From assembly GCA_965223905.1 (NCBI GenBank), contig CBDCXV010000011.1, forward strand, positions 1,312,001-1,376,000: a stretch of DNA of 64,000 nt, written 5' to 3'. Source of the stretch: Candidatus Latescibacterota bacterium. GTDB taxonomy: Bacteria > Latescibacterota > UBA2968 > UBA8231. The position numbers and the translations under genes are program-made. The notes beneath the pieces were generated by a model that saw nothing but the letters and a program-made list of their open reading frames with translations, made no database searches and was not told the origin of the DNA. This document shows, piece after piece, positions 48,625 through 56,651 of this stretch. The number at the start of each line of letters is the position of its first letter. Position 1 is the first letter of the stretch.

Positions 48625-50316
48625 ATGAACAGAAAGCTCTTCAGCCAGAAACTGATCGTGCTGAGTCTCGCGGCGAAGCTGGTGATATGTGCCTGCGCAC
48701 TGGAGGCGACGGAGAATGACAGCTCACGAAACCGAGGAGCCGCCTACTCCCACGATCCCTCCAAGGACTTCGATACCCTGGATGCGGCGGGAAACGACGA
48801 TCCCAGGGGCATCTGGTCCGACGGGGTGACCATGTGGGTGTCCGACACCGGTGACGAGAAGCTCTTTGCCTACAACATCATGACCAAGGCCCGCGACCCC
48901 TCCAAGGACTTCAATACCCTGCGCTCCGCGGGAAACACCGCTCCCAGGGGCATCTGGTCGGACGGCGCAACCATGTGGGTGGCGCACACCGGTGGTTGGA
49001 AGTGGGAGCTCCTTGCCAGTGATGACGACAAGATCTTTGCCTACAACCTGTCTACAAAGGCCCGCGACCCCTCCAAGGACTTCAATACCCTGGAGGGCGC
49101 AGGAAACACCTCCCCCAAGGACATCTGGTCGGACGGAGAGACCCTGTGGGTGGCGGACACCGATCTCGACCTGATTCTGGCCTACAACCTGTCCACCAAG
49201 GCCCGCGACCCCGCCAAGGATTTCAATACCCTGGATGCGGCTGGAAACGACTCCCCCCGGGGCCTCTGGTCCGACGGCGTGACCATGTGGGTGGGGGACT
49301 ACTCGGACGAGAAGCTGTACGCCTACAACATGACCACCAAGGCCCGCGACCCCGCCAAGGACTTCGATACCCTGGATGCGGCCGGAAACACCTCCCCCCG
49401 GGGCCTCTGGTCCGACGGCGTGACCATGTGGGTGGCGGACACCTGGGACGACAAGCTGTACGCCTACAACATGCCGTCCAACGGCTCAACACCGGAGGCC
49501 AACGTCCCCGGCGCCCCCTCCATCCAATCGGTGATGTCCGGCGCAGGTTCGCTCACCGTGACTTGGAACGCGCCTTCCAGCGAAGGCGGCTCGGCCATCA
49601 CCGCTTACGACCTGCGCTACGTGCCCAGCGACGCCCCTTCCAAGGCGGACGCCGAATGGACCGTGGTCGAGGATGTCTGGACCACCGGCTCCGGGGCGCT
49701 GAGCTACGAGCTGACCGGCCTGACCGATGGCACCCAGTACGACGTGCAGGTGGGAGCGGTCAACGACGCCGGCGAAGGTCCCTGGTCGGCAACCGCCACC
49801 GGAACAACGACCCAAGCGACCCAAGGGCAAGCCGCGACCGATTTCAACGGCGACGGCAAAACCGACTTCGTCGACTTCTTCCTGTTCATCGACGCCTACG
49901 GCGGCACCGACGCCCGCTTCGACCTCGACGGCAGCGGCACCGTCGATTTCGTCGACTTCTTCGAATTTGTCGATGCCTTCGACCAGCCGGGGCAGGCCAA
50001 GCTGCTGGCGATGGCCCAGGAGATGCTCGGGCTGCCCGCGGGCCCGCAACTGCAGCAGAACGCCCCCAATCCCTTCAACAGCGAGACCGTCATTTCCTGG
50101 TTCCTGTTGAGCCCGGGTCCCGTGCGGCTGGAGGTCTTCTCCCTGACCGGGCAGCGGGTGGCGGTTCTGCACCAGGGTCCGGAGAAGGCGGGAGTTCACC
50201 GGGTTCTCTGGGACGGCCGCGACGGTCAGGGCCGGCCGCTTGCCAGCGGTGTATACCTGTACCGGCTGGTCACCGAGGAGCGCGCCCACTCGCGCAAGCT
50301 CACCCTGCTGCGGTGA
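48625..50316 (+). CDS. Secreted GIWSDG-repeat propeller + FN3 + dockerin-like/FlgD-like tail
   Basis: Five DP.KDF.TL..AGN..P..(I/L)WSDG.T.WV repeats; FN3 (VTWNAP...YELTGLTDGTQYDVQV.AVN..GEGPWS); shared tail. Confidence 0.88.
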   Translation: MNRKLFSQKLIVLSLAAKLVICACALEATENDSSRNRGAAYSHDPSKDFDTLDAAGNDDPRGIWSDGVTMWVSDTGDEKLFAYNIMTKARDPSKDFNTLRSAGNTAPRGIWSDGATMWVAHTGGWKWELLASDDDKIFAYNLSTKARDPSKDFNTLEGAGNTSPKDIWSDGETLWVADTDLDLILAYNLSTKARDPAKDFNTLDAAGNDSPRGLWSDGVTMWVGDYSDEKLYAYNMTTKARDPAKDFDTLDAAGNTSPRGLWSDGVTMWVADTWDDKLYAYNMPSNGSTPEANVPGAPSIQSVMSGAGSLTVTWNAPSSEGGSAITAYDLRYVPSDAPSKADAEWTVVEDVWTTGSGALSYELTGLTDGTQYDVQVGAVNDAGEGPWSATATGTTTQATQGQAATDFNGDGKTDFVDFFLFIDAYGGTDARFDLDGSGTVDFVDFFEFVDAFDQPGQAKLLAMAQEMLGLPAGPQLQQNAPNPFNSETVISWFLLSPGPVRLEVFSLTGQRVAVLHQGPEKAGVHRVLWDGRDGQGRPLASGVYLYRLVTEERAHSRKLTLLR

Positions 50317-50466
50317 TTTGCCGGGATCCGGGGGTGGGTTGCCCTATCTTTGTATTCCATGGTTCATATAATTTTAGAATTTTGGTATCACTGTAATTTT
50401 TCGTGGCCTTATTTCAGTGCTTCCGCTCTGAAGAACGCCCCGACTCACCAAAGAACGGAGAGTGAT

Positions 50467-51486
50467 ATGCTGGGGTTTATCCTGCTCGCTTGCCTTACCG
50501 CTTTTTCAGTGACTTCCCCGGTTTCCGCCCAACAGAAAGCCCCTCCGGCCCCTGAGACCGAACATCCTGCCCCGTCTTTGCAGGCCGTTGAGCCGGTAAC
50601 CGCCCCGGCGGCCTGCCTGGTTGGTGAACATTCCGGTTTCCCGGAAGCCGACGCGCGGACCGCGGCCCTTCTCGTTTGCGGCGAGCTGAGCAAGCAGGGC
50701 ATACCGGTCAGCGAGCCCGTTTTCCGTGCGCCGGACGCGGGGGGTATCTATCGGTTGGGTTTGCACCGCCTGGGGCAAAAGATCCTGGTACGCCTGAGTC
50801 ATGAATACCCCGCCGGGACGGTCATTGTCGAGCGGCAGATCCAGTTGGGAAAAATCGAAGAAATGATCTCGGCGGCGCCGCGGTTGGTCGATGCCCTGGT
50901 CCACCGCAAGCCGATCGCTTCCACGGTCGACATGGAGAGTGTCGTCGAAGAGGAGGCTCGCAGGCACCGGAAGATACCCGGTGAATCCCTTTGGGATATA
51001 GGGCTCCTCGGGACCTTCGCCCTCATTACGGACGCCGACATGATAGCCAAGCCGGGCTACAGGCTCGGGTGGTTTCACGAGACCGCATCCTATGCCGTGG
51101 GGACCGAGTTCTGGGGTGCCGGAGGAGAGGATAATGAGGGCGACAGCTTTCACTTCTTCTGTTGGGGAATCGGCGGACGGTACTTCTTCAACAAGCAGAA
51201 CTTCTCGCCCTTTGTGGGCGGTGGGTTCTCCCATGTCTGGGCCGGTTATGAACAAGCAGCATCGATGCGGGACAGATGGGAAGAGGAATCCGAAGATGGA
51301 AATGGCCTGGGAGGTTATGTCGTCGGTGGCATAGAGGCCATGCGTCTCACCAGTGTTCGCCTGAGGCTCGAATTGCGCGTGGATCGGCCCTTTTTCGAGT
51401 TGGAAACCCGGGACGTGATGCCGGTGACACTAGGTGTTTCCTTTTCTTTCCGCGGAGGAGGAGGAGTCGGAGGGATGTGGTTTTGA
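50467..51486 (+). CDS. Exported protein with C-terminal OMP-type beta-barrel
   Basis: Signal peptide; GIGGRYFFNKQNFSPFVGGG; GLGGYVVGGIE. Confidence 0.7.
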   Translation: MLGFILLACLTAFSVTSPVSAQQKAPPAPETEHPAPSLQAVEPVTAPAACLVGEHSGFPEADARTAALLVCGELSKQGIPVSEPVFRAPDAGGIYRLGLHRLGQKILVRLSHEYPAGTVIVERQIQLGKIEEMISAAPRLVDALVHRKPIASTVDMESVVEEEARRHRKIPGESLWDIGLLGTFALITDADMIAKPGYRLGWFHETASYAVGTEFWGAGGEDNEGDSFHFFCWGIGGRYFFNKQNFSPFVGGGFSHVWAGYEQAASMRDRWEEESEDGNGLGGYVVGGIEAMRLTSVRLRLELRVDRPFFELETRDVMPVTLGVSFSFRGGGGVGGMWF

Positions 51487-52058
51487 AACCGGCTCCAGTA
51501 TCCGCATTCCTGATCTGCTGTGTTCTGGCCTGGTCGGCCGCAGCCGAGACGCAAACGGGCCATTCGGCTTCCCTGGCCTACGACCGGGCGTTGCTGCAGG
51601 AGGCGACGCGTTTCGGGGCGCTTGAGCTGGCTTTTCCCAAGGCCTGCGCGGCCTTGGCCGACAGCCTGCGGCAGGCGGCTGAGGAGGGGGCCAATCAGGC
51701 CAATCGGCACGGGTTTCAATACCGAATCGAGCACTTCTGCGGCTTCGCGGAGGGGCACACTCTGGTTCTCAGTCGCATCGTCGATCAGAAGCCGTCCGCG
51801 GACTTCGCCTACCTTTCCGGGTACGAGCCGGTGGAGCGTCGTTCCGAGGACGACTATTTGCAGGTGCGATCCATGAATTCGGGGGCGGTAGCGCTGCGGG
51901 AGTACTCCTTTGTGCGCTCGGGTTTTATCGTCAGGCAGGTCTTCGTCCAGACCCCCGCGGCAGTGTACCAGCTGGACGTACTCATCCGGAAAGCGTGGAC
52001 CGGTGTCATGATCAAGACTTACGAGTCCGTGCTTTCTTCCATTCACATCACTCCCTGA
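51483..52058 (+). CDS. Hypothetical exported protein
   Basis: TTG start overlapping the upstream stop; signal peptide ...VLAWSAAA. Confidence 0.6.
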   Translation: MKPAPVSAFLICCVLAWSAAAETQTGHSASLAYDRALLQEATRFGALELAFPKACAALADSLRQAAEEGANQANRHGFQYRIEHFCGFAEGHTLVLSRIVDQKPSADFAYLSGYEPVERRSEDDYLQVRSMNSGAVALREYSFVRSGFIVRQVFVQTPAAVYQLDVLIRKAWTGVMIKTYESVLSSIHITP

Positions 52059-52069
52059 GGAGGGATACC

Positions 52070-52354
52070 ATGAAGAAGAAGCTGATCGCCCCGCTGCTGC
52101 TGGCCGTTTTCGTCCTGGCCGGCTGCGCCGCCCACATGCACGTGGTGGGCGAGGGAGCACAAGGGACGGAAGTGGTAGCCACACGGCAGTTCTACGTCAT
52201 CAGTCTGGCGCCCCTCAACGAGGTGGATACGCGCGCCATGGCCGGCGGAGCCGAGGATTACACCATCAAGACAGCGGCCGGTTTCGTCGACATAGTCATC
52301 GCGACGGCCACTGGGGGGATCATCACGTCCCGCAAGGTGGTGGTGGAAAAATAG
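52070..52354 (+). CDS. Bor/Iss-like small lipoprotein
   Basis: RBS GAGGAGG; VLAGC lipobox; HVVGEGAQG...RQFY...PLNEVDT..MAGGA.DY.I.T...TSRKV.V pattern. Confidence 0.7.
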   Translation: MKKKLIAPLLLAVFVLAGCAAHMHVVGEGAQGTEVVATRQFYVISLAPLNEVDTRAMAGGAEDYTIKTAAGFVDIVIATATGGIITSRKVVVEK

Positions 52355-52376
52355 CCGGACCATAGCTGTCGGTTGT

Positions 52377-52404
52377 GCCGGGCCCTGGGTGACCAGGGCC
52401 CGGC
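52377..52404 (+). terminator. Perfect 12-bp GC-rich hairpin after the + strand gene run
   Basis: gccgggccctgg-gtga-ccagggcccggc; no U-tract follows. Confidence 0.55.
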
Positions 52405-52408
52405 TGTA

Positions 52409-52480
52409 GTGTGCAGACGAAACAGGCTCTGACCCCGGAGCCGTAGGAGCGAAAGCCCCAAGTGGAAATGAGGACCACAG
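52409..52480 (+). mobile_element. Putative 5' end fragment of a group II intron
   Basis: Begins GTGTG (GUGYG consensus) 4 nt after the hairpin; followed by ggagcgaaagcccc, resembling the early domain-I hairpin of bacterial introns. Confidence 0.4.
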
Positions 52481-52603
52481 GGTTTACACAAGCATCGACT
52501 ATTCTATCCCACGACCCGCCCGTGTTGCCTGGCCTGCTGTCTTCCCCCCACCCCAGGCAGGCAACCCGGATGGGTTTTTTCAACGGATGGTCAGGAGCGC
52601 GAG

Positions 52604-53452
52604 ATGGCAGATAAGAAAAAGGGAGATTCCTCCAAATCCTCCGGCAAGGGCAGGTTGAACCGGGTGGGTTACGAGAAGGAGCTGGCCGAACTCCAGATCG
52701 AGCTGGCCAAGCTGCAGGAATGGATACGGCACGAGGGCCTGAAGGTGGTCGTCATCTTCGAGGGCCGGGACGCCGCCGGCAAGGGAGGCGTCATCCGCCG
52801 CATCACCGAGTCGCTCAACCCCCGCATCTGCCGGGTCGTCGCCCTCGGCACCCCCACGGAACGGCAGAAGACGCAGTGGTACTTCCAGCGCTACGTCGAG
52901 GAGTTCCCCGCGGCCGGGGAGATGGTTCTGTTCGACCGCAGCTGGTACAACCGCGCCGGCGTCGAGCGGGTGATGGGTTTTTGCACGGAAACGGAAGTGA
53001 AGGAGTTCTTCCGCACCTGTCCCGAATTCGAGCGCATGCTGGTGCGCGCGGGAATCATCCTGATCAAGTACTGGTTCTCCGTTTCCGAGGAGGAGCAGGG
53101 ACGGCGTTTCAAGCAGCGTATCTCGGATCCGACGCGGCGCTGGAAGCTCAGCGGTATGGATCTGGAAGCGCGCACCCACTGGGTCGACTACTCGCGCGCC
53201 AAGGACGACATGTTCCACCATACCGACATCAAGCAGGCGCCGTGGTACGTCGTCGACGCCAACGACAAGCGCCGCGCCCGCCTCAACTGCATTTCCCACC
53301 TGCTGAGCATGATCCCTTACAGGAACGTGCTGCCGGACAAGCTCGAGCTCCCGCCCATACAGCAGGATGACAGCTACGTGCGCCCGCCGGTCGATGACCA
53401 GACCTTCGTGCCCGAGGTGTACCCGGCGGTTGCGCCAGTGGCTGTGTCGTAA
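52604..53452 (+). CDS. ppk2: Polyphosphate kinase 2 (single-domain, class 1-like)
   Basis: FEGRDAAGKGG, QWYFQRY, FDRSWYNRAGVERVMGFC, KYWFSVS, WKLS.MD, DKRRARLNCI. Confidence 0.95.
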   Translation: MADKKKGDSSKSSGKGRLNRVGYEKELAELQIELAKLQEWIRHEGLKVVVIFEGRDAAGKGGVIRRITESLNPRICRVVALGTPTERQKTQWYFQRYVEEFPAAGEMVLFDRSWYNRAGVERVMGFCTETEVKEFFRTCPEFERMLVRAGIILIKYWFSVSEEEQGRRFKQRISDPTRRWKLSGMDLEARTHWVDYSRAKDDMFHHTDIKQAPWYVVDANDKRRARLNCISHLLSMIPYRNVLPDKLELPPIQQDDSYVRPPVDDQTFVPEVYPAVAPVAVS

Positions 53453-53721
53453 GCACAAGGTGGCGACCGGGAACCACATGCGATTCTCGGACGAGCGTCT
53501 CTGGCACGCATATGGGCTCACCCGCCTTGTCCCGCGCACGAGCGGCTTTCCGTGGGCGAAGGTATGATCTCGTCCGAGAGCCGGATGCGGGCAATCTGCA
53601 CGTCCGGTTCGATGAGCGGGGTGTGGAAACGGAGCATGGCCCGGCTATTGAGGCACCGGCAGACGAAGGGCCGGAAACAGATAGGCCGAGCCTACACTAC
53701 CGCGCCACATCCCGACTCTAC
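53424..53721 (+). mobile_element. Group II intron 3' remnant: maturase C-terminus, domain V, domain VI and 3' splice site
   Basis: RRLRQWLCRKHK...L...YGL.RL...FPWAKV*; DV gagccggatgcgggcaatctgcacgtccggttc (53578-53610, AGC triad); DVI ending ccacatcccgactctAC. Confidence 0.9.
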
Positions 53722-53738
53722 CCCAAAAGTATTGGCGG

Positions 53739-54653
53739 TCAATAATAATAAAAGTAAAAGGTCCGCGTGGGGTGAATGCGAAGGGCGGGGGTGGGAAAAC
53801 GGAGGAGACGGAAGTAGGGCGTAAACTTGCGAAGCACCTCGAAATTGCCCAACGAATGTGCGAAGTCGAAGTCCAGCGAGAGGTAGATTTCGCGCTGTGC
53901 ATCCGGCAAATCGGGATACCAGCGACCGGGACCGCGGCTTTTGCGACCATAACCGTGCAGTCCCTGCGCCCCGGCTCCTACCGCCACCCCTAACCAATCG
54001 GGCCAGCGTTCGGCGGCATGCTTCGGTAGCATAGGCTTGGGGTTTATGACCATCCAGAACGTCATCCCCTCGTAGTCGTCCATAAAAGAAGGGGCATACG
54101 GATCCCCACTAGCTTGGCGTACGTTTCCATAGCGATAGAGCAGGGAGGGGAAATAGCTGAGCTTGAATTGGACCATTTGAGTCGCCGGTAAATTTGCGTG
54201 GATCAGGGGAACCAGTGCGCCGAGCACATCTCCCGTGGCATCGGGAATGCTGAAACCCCAATGACCATATCGCCCGTCGCGGTACTCGATATAAAACATC
54301 TCAGCTATGCTGCTGAGAGAACCGAGTAGAGCTGCGGTGCGTGGGGAAAAACCTATCCAGTGATAAAGATCGCCTGTGATCTGTGCAAGAAAGAGCCCCC
54401 ACATAAAATGACTGGCGTGATCTAAATTGAGATAGGTATCCCCAGGCCAATCGTGAATGAAACGGAGAGAAACTTGTTCCCCTTGCCACCAAATGCTTTT
54501 CAGATACCGGAAGCCGGCCCAATGCAAACCAGCAGCACCGACACCTACATAGCCCAAGCGTTTAAGATCGATTTCCTGTTGTCGTGTTTCCGATGAGTCT
54601 GGTTGAGCAGCAGGAGTAGACGTAGCTGCAAGTACGAGAATGAGAAGAACCAT
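53739..54653 (-). CDS. DUF2279/YfiM-like exported membrane protein
   Basis: LDHASHF, WGFSIPD...D..G, QFKLSY.PS, DDYEGMTFW, REIYLSLDFD. Start may extend to 54698. Confidence 0.75.
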   Translation of the reverse strand: MVLLILVLAATSTPAAQPDSSETRQQEIDLKRLGYVGVGAAGLHWAGFRYLKSIWWQGEQVSLRFIHDWPGDTYLNLDHASHFMWGLFLAQITGDLYHWIGFSPRTAALLGSLSSIAEMFYIEYRDGRYGHWGFSIPDATGDVLGALVPLIHANLPATQMVQFKLSYFPSLLYRYGNVRQASGDPYAPSFMDDYEGMTFWMVINPKPMLPKHAAERWPDWLGVAVGAGAQGLHGYGRKSRGPGRWYPDLPDAQREIYLSLDFDFAHSLGNFEVLRKFTPYFRLLRFPTPALRIHPTRTFYFYYY

Positions 54654-54725
54654 TCCAGAATACTGTTGCAGGTATTGCTGGCTACTTTTGCCCAGCACTG
54701 TCGTAGGTCAGTCCGAGCGCTATTA

Positions 54726-54998
54726 TCAGGCCGACCCGCCGCCGCCCCCGCCGCCAGACCCGCCGCCGCCAGACCCGCCGCCGTCAGATCCTTTGCCGTC
54801 AGATCCTTTGCCGCCCGATCCGCCGCCGCCCGATCCGCCGCTGTCCGATCCGCCGCTGTCCGATCCGCCGCTGTCCGATCCGCAGCTCGACGTTGGATTG
54901 GAGCCTTCTTCCCTATCTTCGTCCTTGTCACAGTCACCACAGCCTCCGCATGTGGTGATAGCCACGGCGGCTAGTAGGACGATCAGTATTTTCTTCAT
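54726..54998 (-). CDS. Small exported Cys-motif, Gly/Ser-rich peptide (possible lipoprotein)
   Basis: Strong RBS AAGGAGGG; MKKILIVLLAAVAITTCGGCGDC; 15-bp GS repeats. Confidence 0.7.
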   Translation of the reverse strand: MKKILIVLLAAVAITTCGGCGDCDKDEDREEGSNPTSSCGSDSGGSDSGGSDSGGSGGGGSGGKGSDGKGSDGGGSGGGGSGGGGGGGSA

Positions 54999-55292
54999 GG
55001 CATCCCTCCTTAGGGAATGGTTTGAAAGTCAGCCAAATATAGATTGGAGTCGGTCAGGGAGTGTCCGTTGTTTAAAAAAATCCTGAATCCGTGAAGCGAG
55101 ACGGATCATCTATTGAACCTCCAAAGGGAATGACTTACTACCCAAAATAGCCAGGATCAGCCATCTTCAGCAGCACCGACATTCCGGTGGCCAATTCCAA
55201 GCAAACCATATGCCAGAATGGGCGGATCGAGGGTGGCGTCAAATTCATGTACTGAGCAGCCCGATCAGATAAGGAAGGCCGATCCAGACAAA

Positions 55293-56651
55293 ATGGTTCT
55301 TCGATCATTCATTCTTACACTGGTGTTGACGGCGTTGGCTGCGCCGGCAGTCGGACAAACTTTTCCCATCGCGTCGGCAAAGACGGACACCGCCGATGTC
55401 TATGAGACCAGGCACAATCACGTTCTCGCCTTCCCGAAGTACGTGTGGAATGCCCTGACCTACCCGATCGGACAACTCACTATCCGGGCGGAACACAAAG
55501 GTCTGTTCGCCAACCGGTCGGGTAGAGAGGCGAAGACCTTCGGCCTGCTTCCGTATGGGGTTCTCGGTGGAGAGATGGGAGGAAACCTCGGTGGGGAGAC
55601 GGGAATTGCTGGTGGGTTCACCATGTTCCATTCCGATTTGTTCGGGCGTGGAAACGGATTCTCCGCACGTTTGATCGCCAACCGCTCCAATTTCAGCGGG
55701 CAGGCCCGTTATGAAGATCGGGGGATCGGCGGCGGTCCATGGTACTGGAATGCGTCTGTCGAAGCGCTGGATACGAGGAACAAGGGGGCCACCATCAACG
55801 GCGCGCTGCGTGGTTCCGGGTCGCGGCTCGATTACAAGCAGCGCGACTCGAGGATTGCCCTCGGGCGCTATTCCAATTTTGGCGAAACCGAAGGCTATGA
55901 ACCGGATACCATGGTGGAATTCCGGCTGTCTCACGGCTTCCGCCAGTTTGACGATATCGGCCGCCTGCCCAGCGATATCCCCGGCACGAACGAGGCCATC
56001 AACCTGTTCTCCATCGGCGGCCGGGTGGCCTTCGACGACCGCGACTTCAAGCCGCCGACCGCCTCGATCAGCCACCCCCTGAACTACCAGCTGCCCGGGC
56101 GGGTCCTGCTTTTCGCGGAGGGTCTCTACTACAGCTTTCGCGACACCGCCTTCCCCGAGCACGGCGGACTCGCCCGGATCGAAGCCGACTACGTCATCGG
56201 CTCCCAAGACGTTCGGTATTTCCACTACGCCGCTGAGCTTCAGCGTTTTCTCACGCTGTTTTACCGCAATCGGATTCTTGCCTTGCGGGCCAGGCTCGAC
56301 AAGGCGCAGGCCCTGGGAGACGACAGCATAATCCCGTATTCGGACCTGGCAACGCTGGGCGGCACTCACCGGTTGCGCGGGTACCGGCGCGGGTCCTTCC
56401 GCGGCGAGGGCACCCTGCTGTTCAGCGCCGAATACCGCTACCCGATCTGGGACACCTGGAACGCTTTCCTGTTCTGGGACGAAGGCCAAGCCTTTGACCA
56501 GTACGGCGACCTCGGACTGAACCAGTTCGAGTACAGCTTCGGGGCCGGTATCAGCGTGCGCACGGAGCGCGCCTTCCTGTTCGGGCTGCGCATCGCCCGC
56601 AGCGACGAGGAGAAGGTGTTGGCAGGTTTCTCGCTTGAAAAGGAGTTCTGA
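55293..56651 (+). CDS. Omp85/BamA-TamA family outer-membrane beta-barrel
   Basis: Signal peptide; TLGG..RLRGY..G.FRG, SAEYRYPI, FLFWDEG, YSFGAGIS, terminal F. Confidence 0.85.
   Translation: MVLRSFILTLVLTALAAPAVGQTFPIASAKTDTADVYETRHNHVLAFPKYVWNALTYPIGQLTIRAEHKGLFANRSGREAKTFGLLPYGVLGGEMGGNLGGETGIAGGFTMFHSDLFGRGNGFSARLIANRSNFSGQARYEDRGIGGGPWYWNASVEALDTRNKGATINGALRGSGSRLDYKQRDSRIALGRYSNFGETEGYEPDTMVEFRLSHGFRQFDDIGRLPSDIPGTNEAINLFSIGGRVAFDDRDFKPPTASISHPLNYQLPGRVLLFAEGLYYSFRDTAFPEHGGLARIEADYVIGSQDVRYFHYAAELQRFLTLFYRNRILALRARLDKAQALGDDSIIPYSDLATLGGTHRLRGYRRGSFRGEGTLLFSAEYRYPIWDTWNAFLFWDEGQAFDQYGDLGLNQFEYSFGAGISVRTERAFLFGLRIARSDEEKVLAGFSLEKEF

Noticed and set aside
9157-50316. Diversity-generating retroelement explanation for the repeated tails
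   Set aside because: No intact RT in the window; all copies are coding, and differences do not look adenine-specific by eye.
54640-55086. Pro-rich + strand ORF (DPPPPD repeats)
   Set aside because: Antisense of the Gly/Ser peptide gene, which has the RBS and signal peptide.
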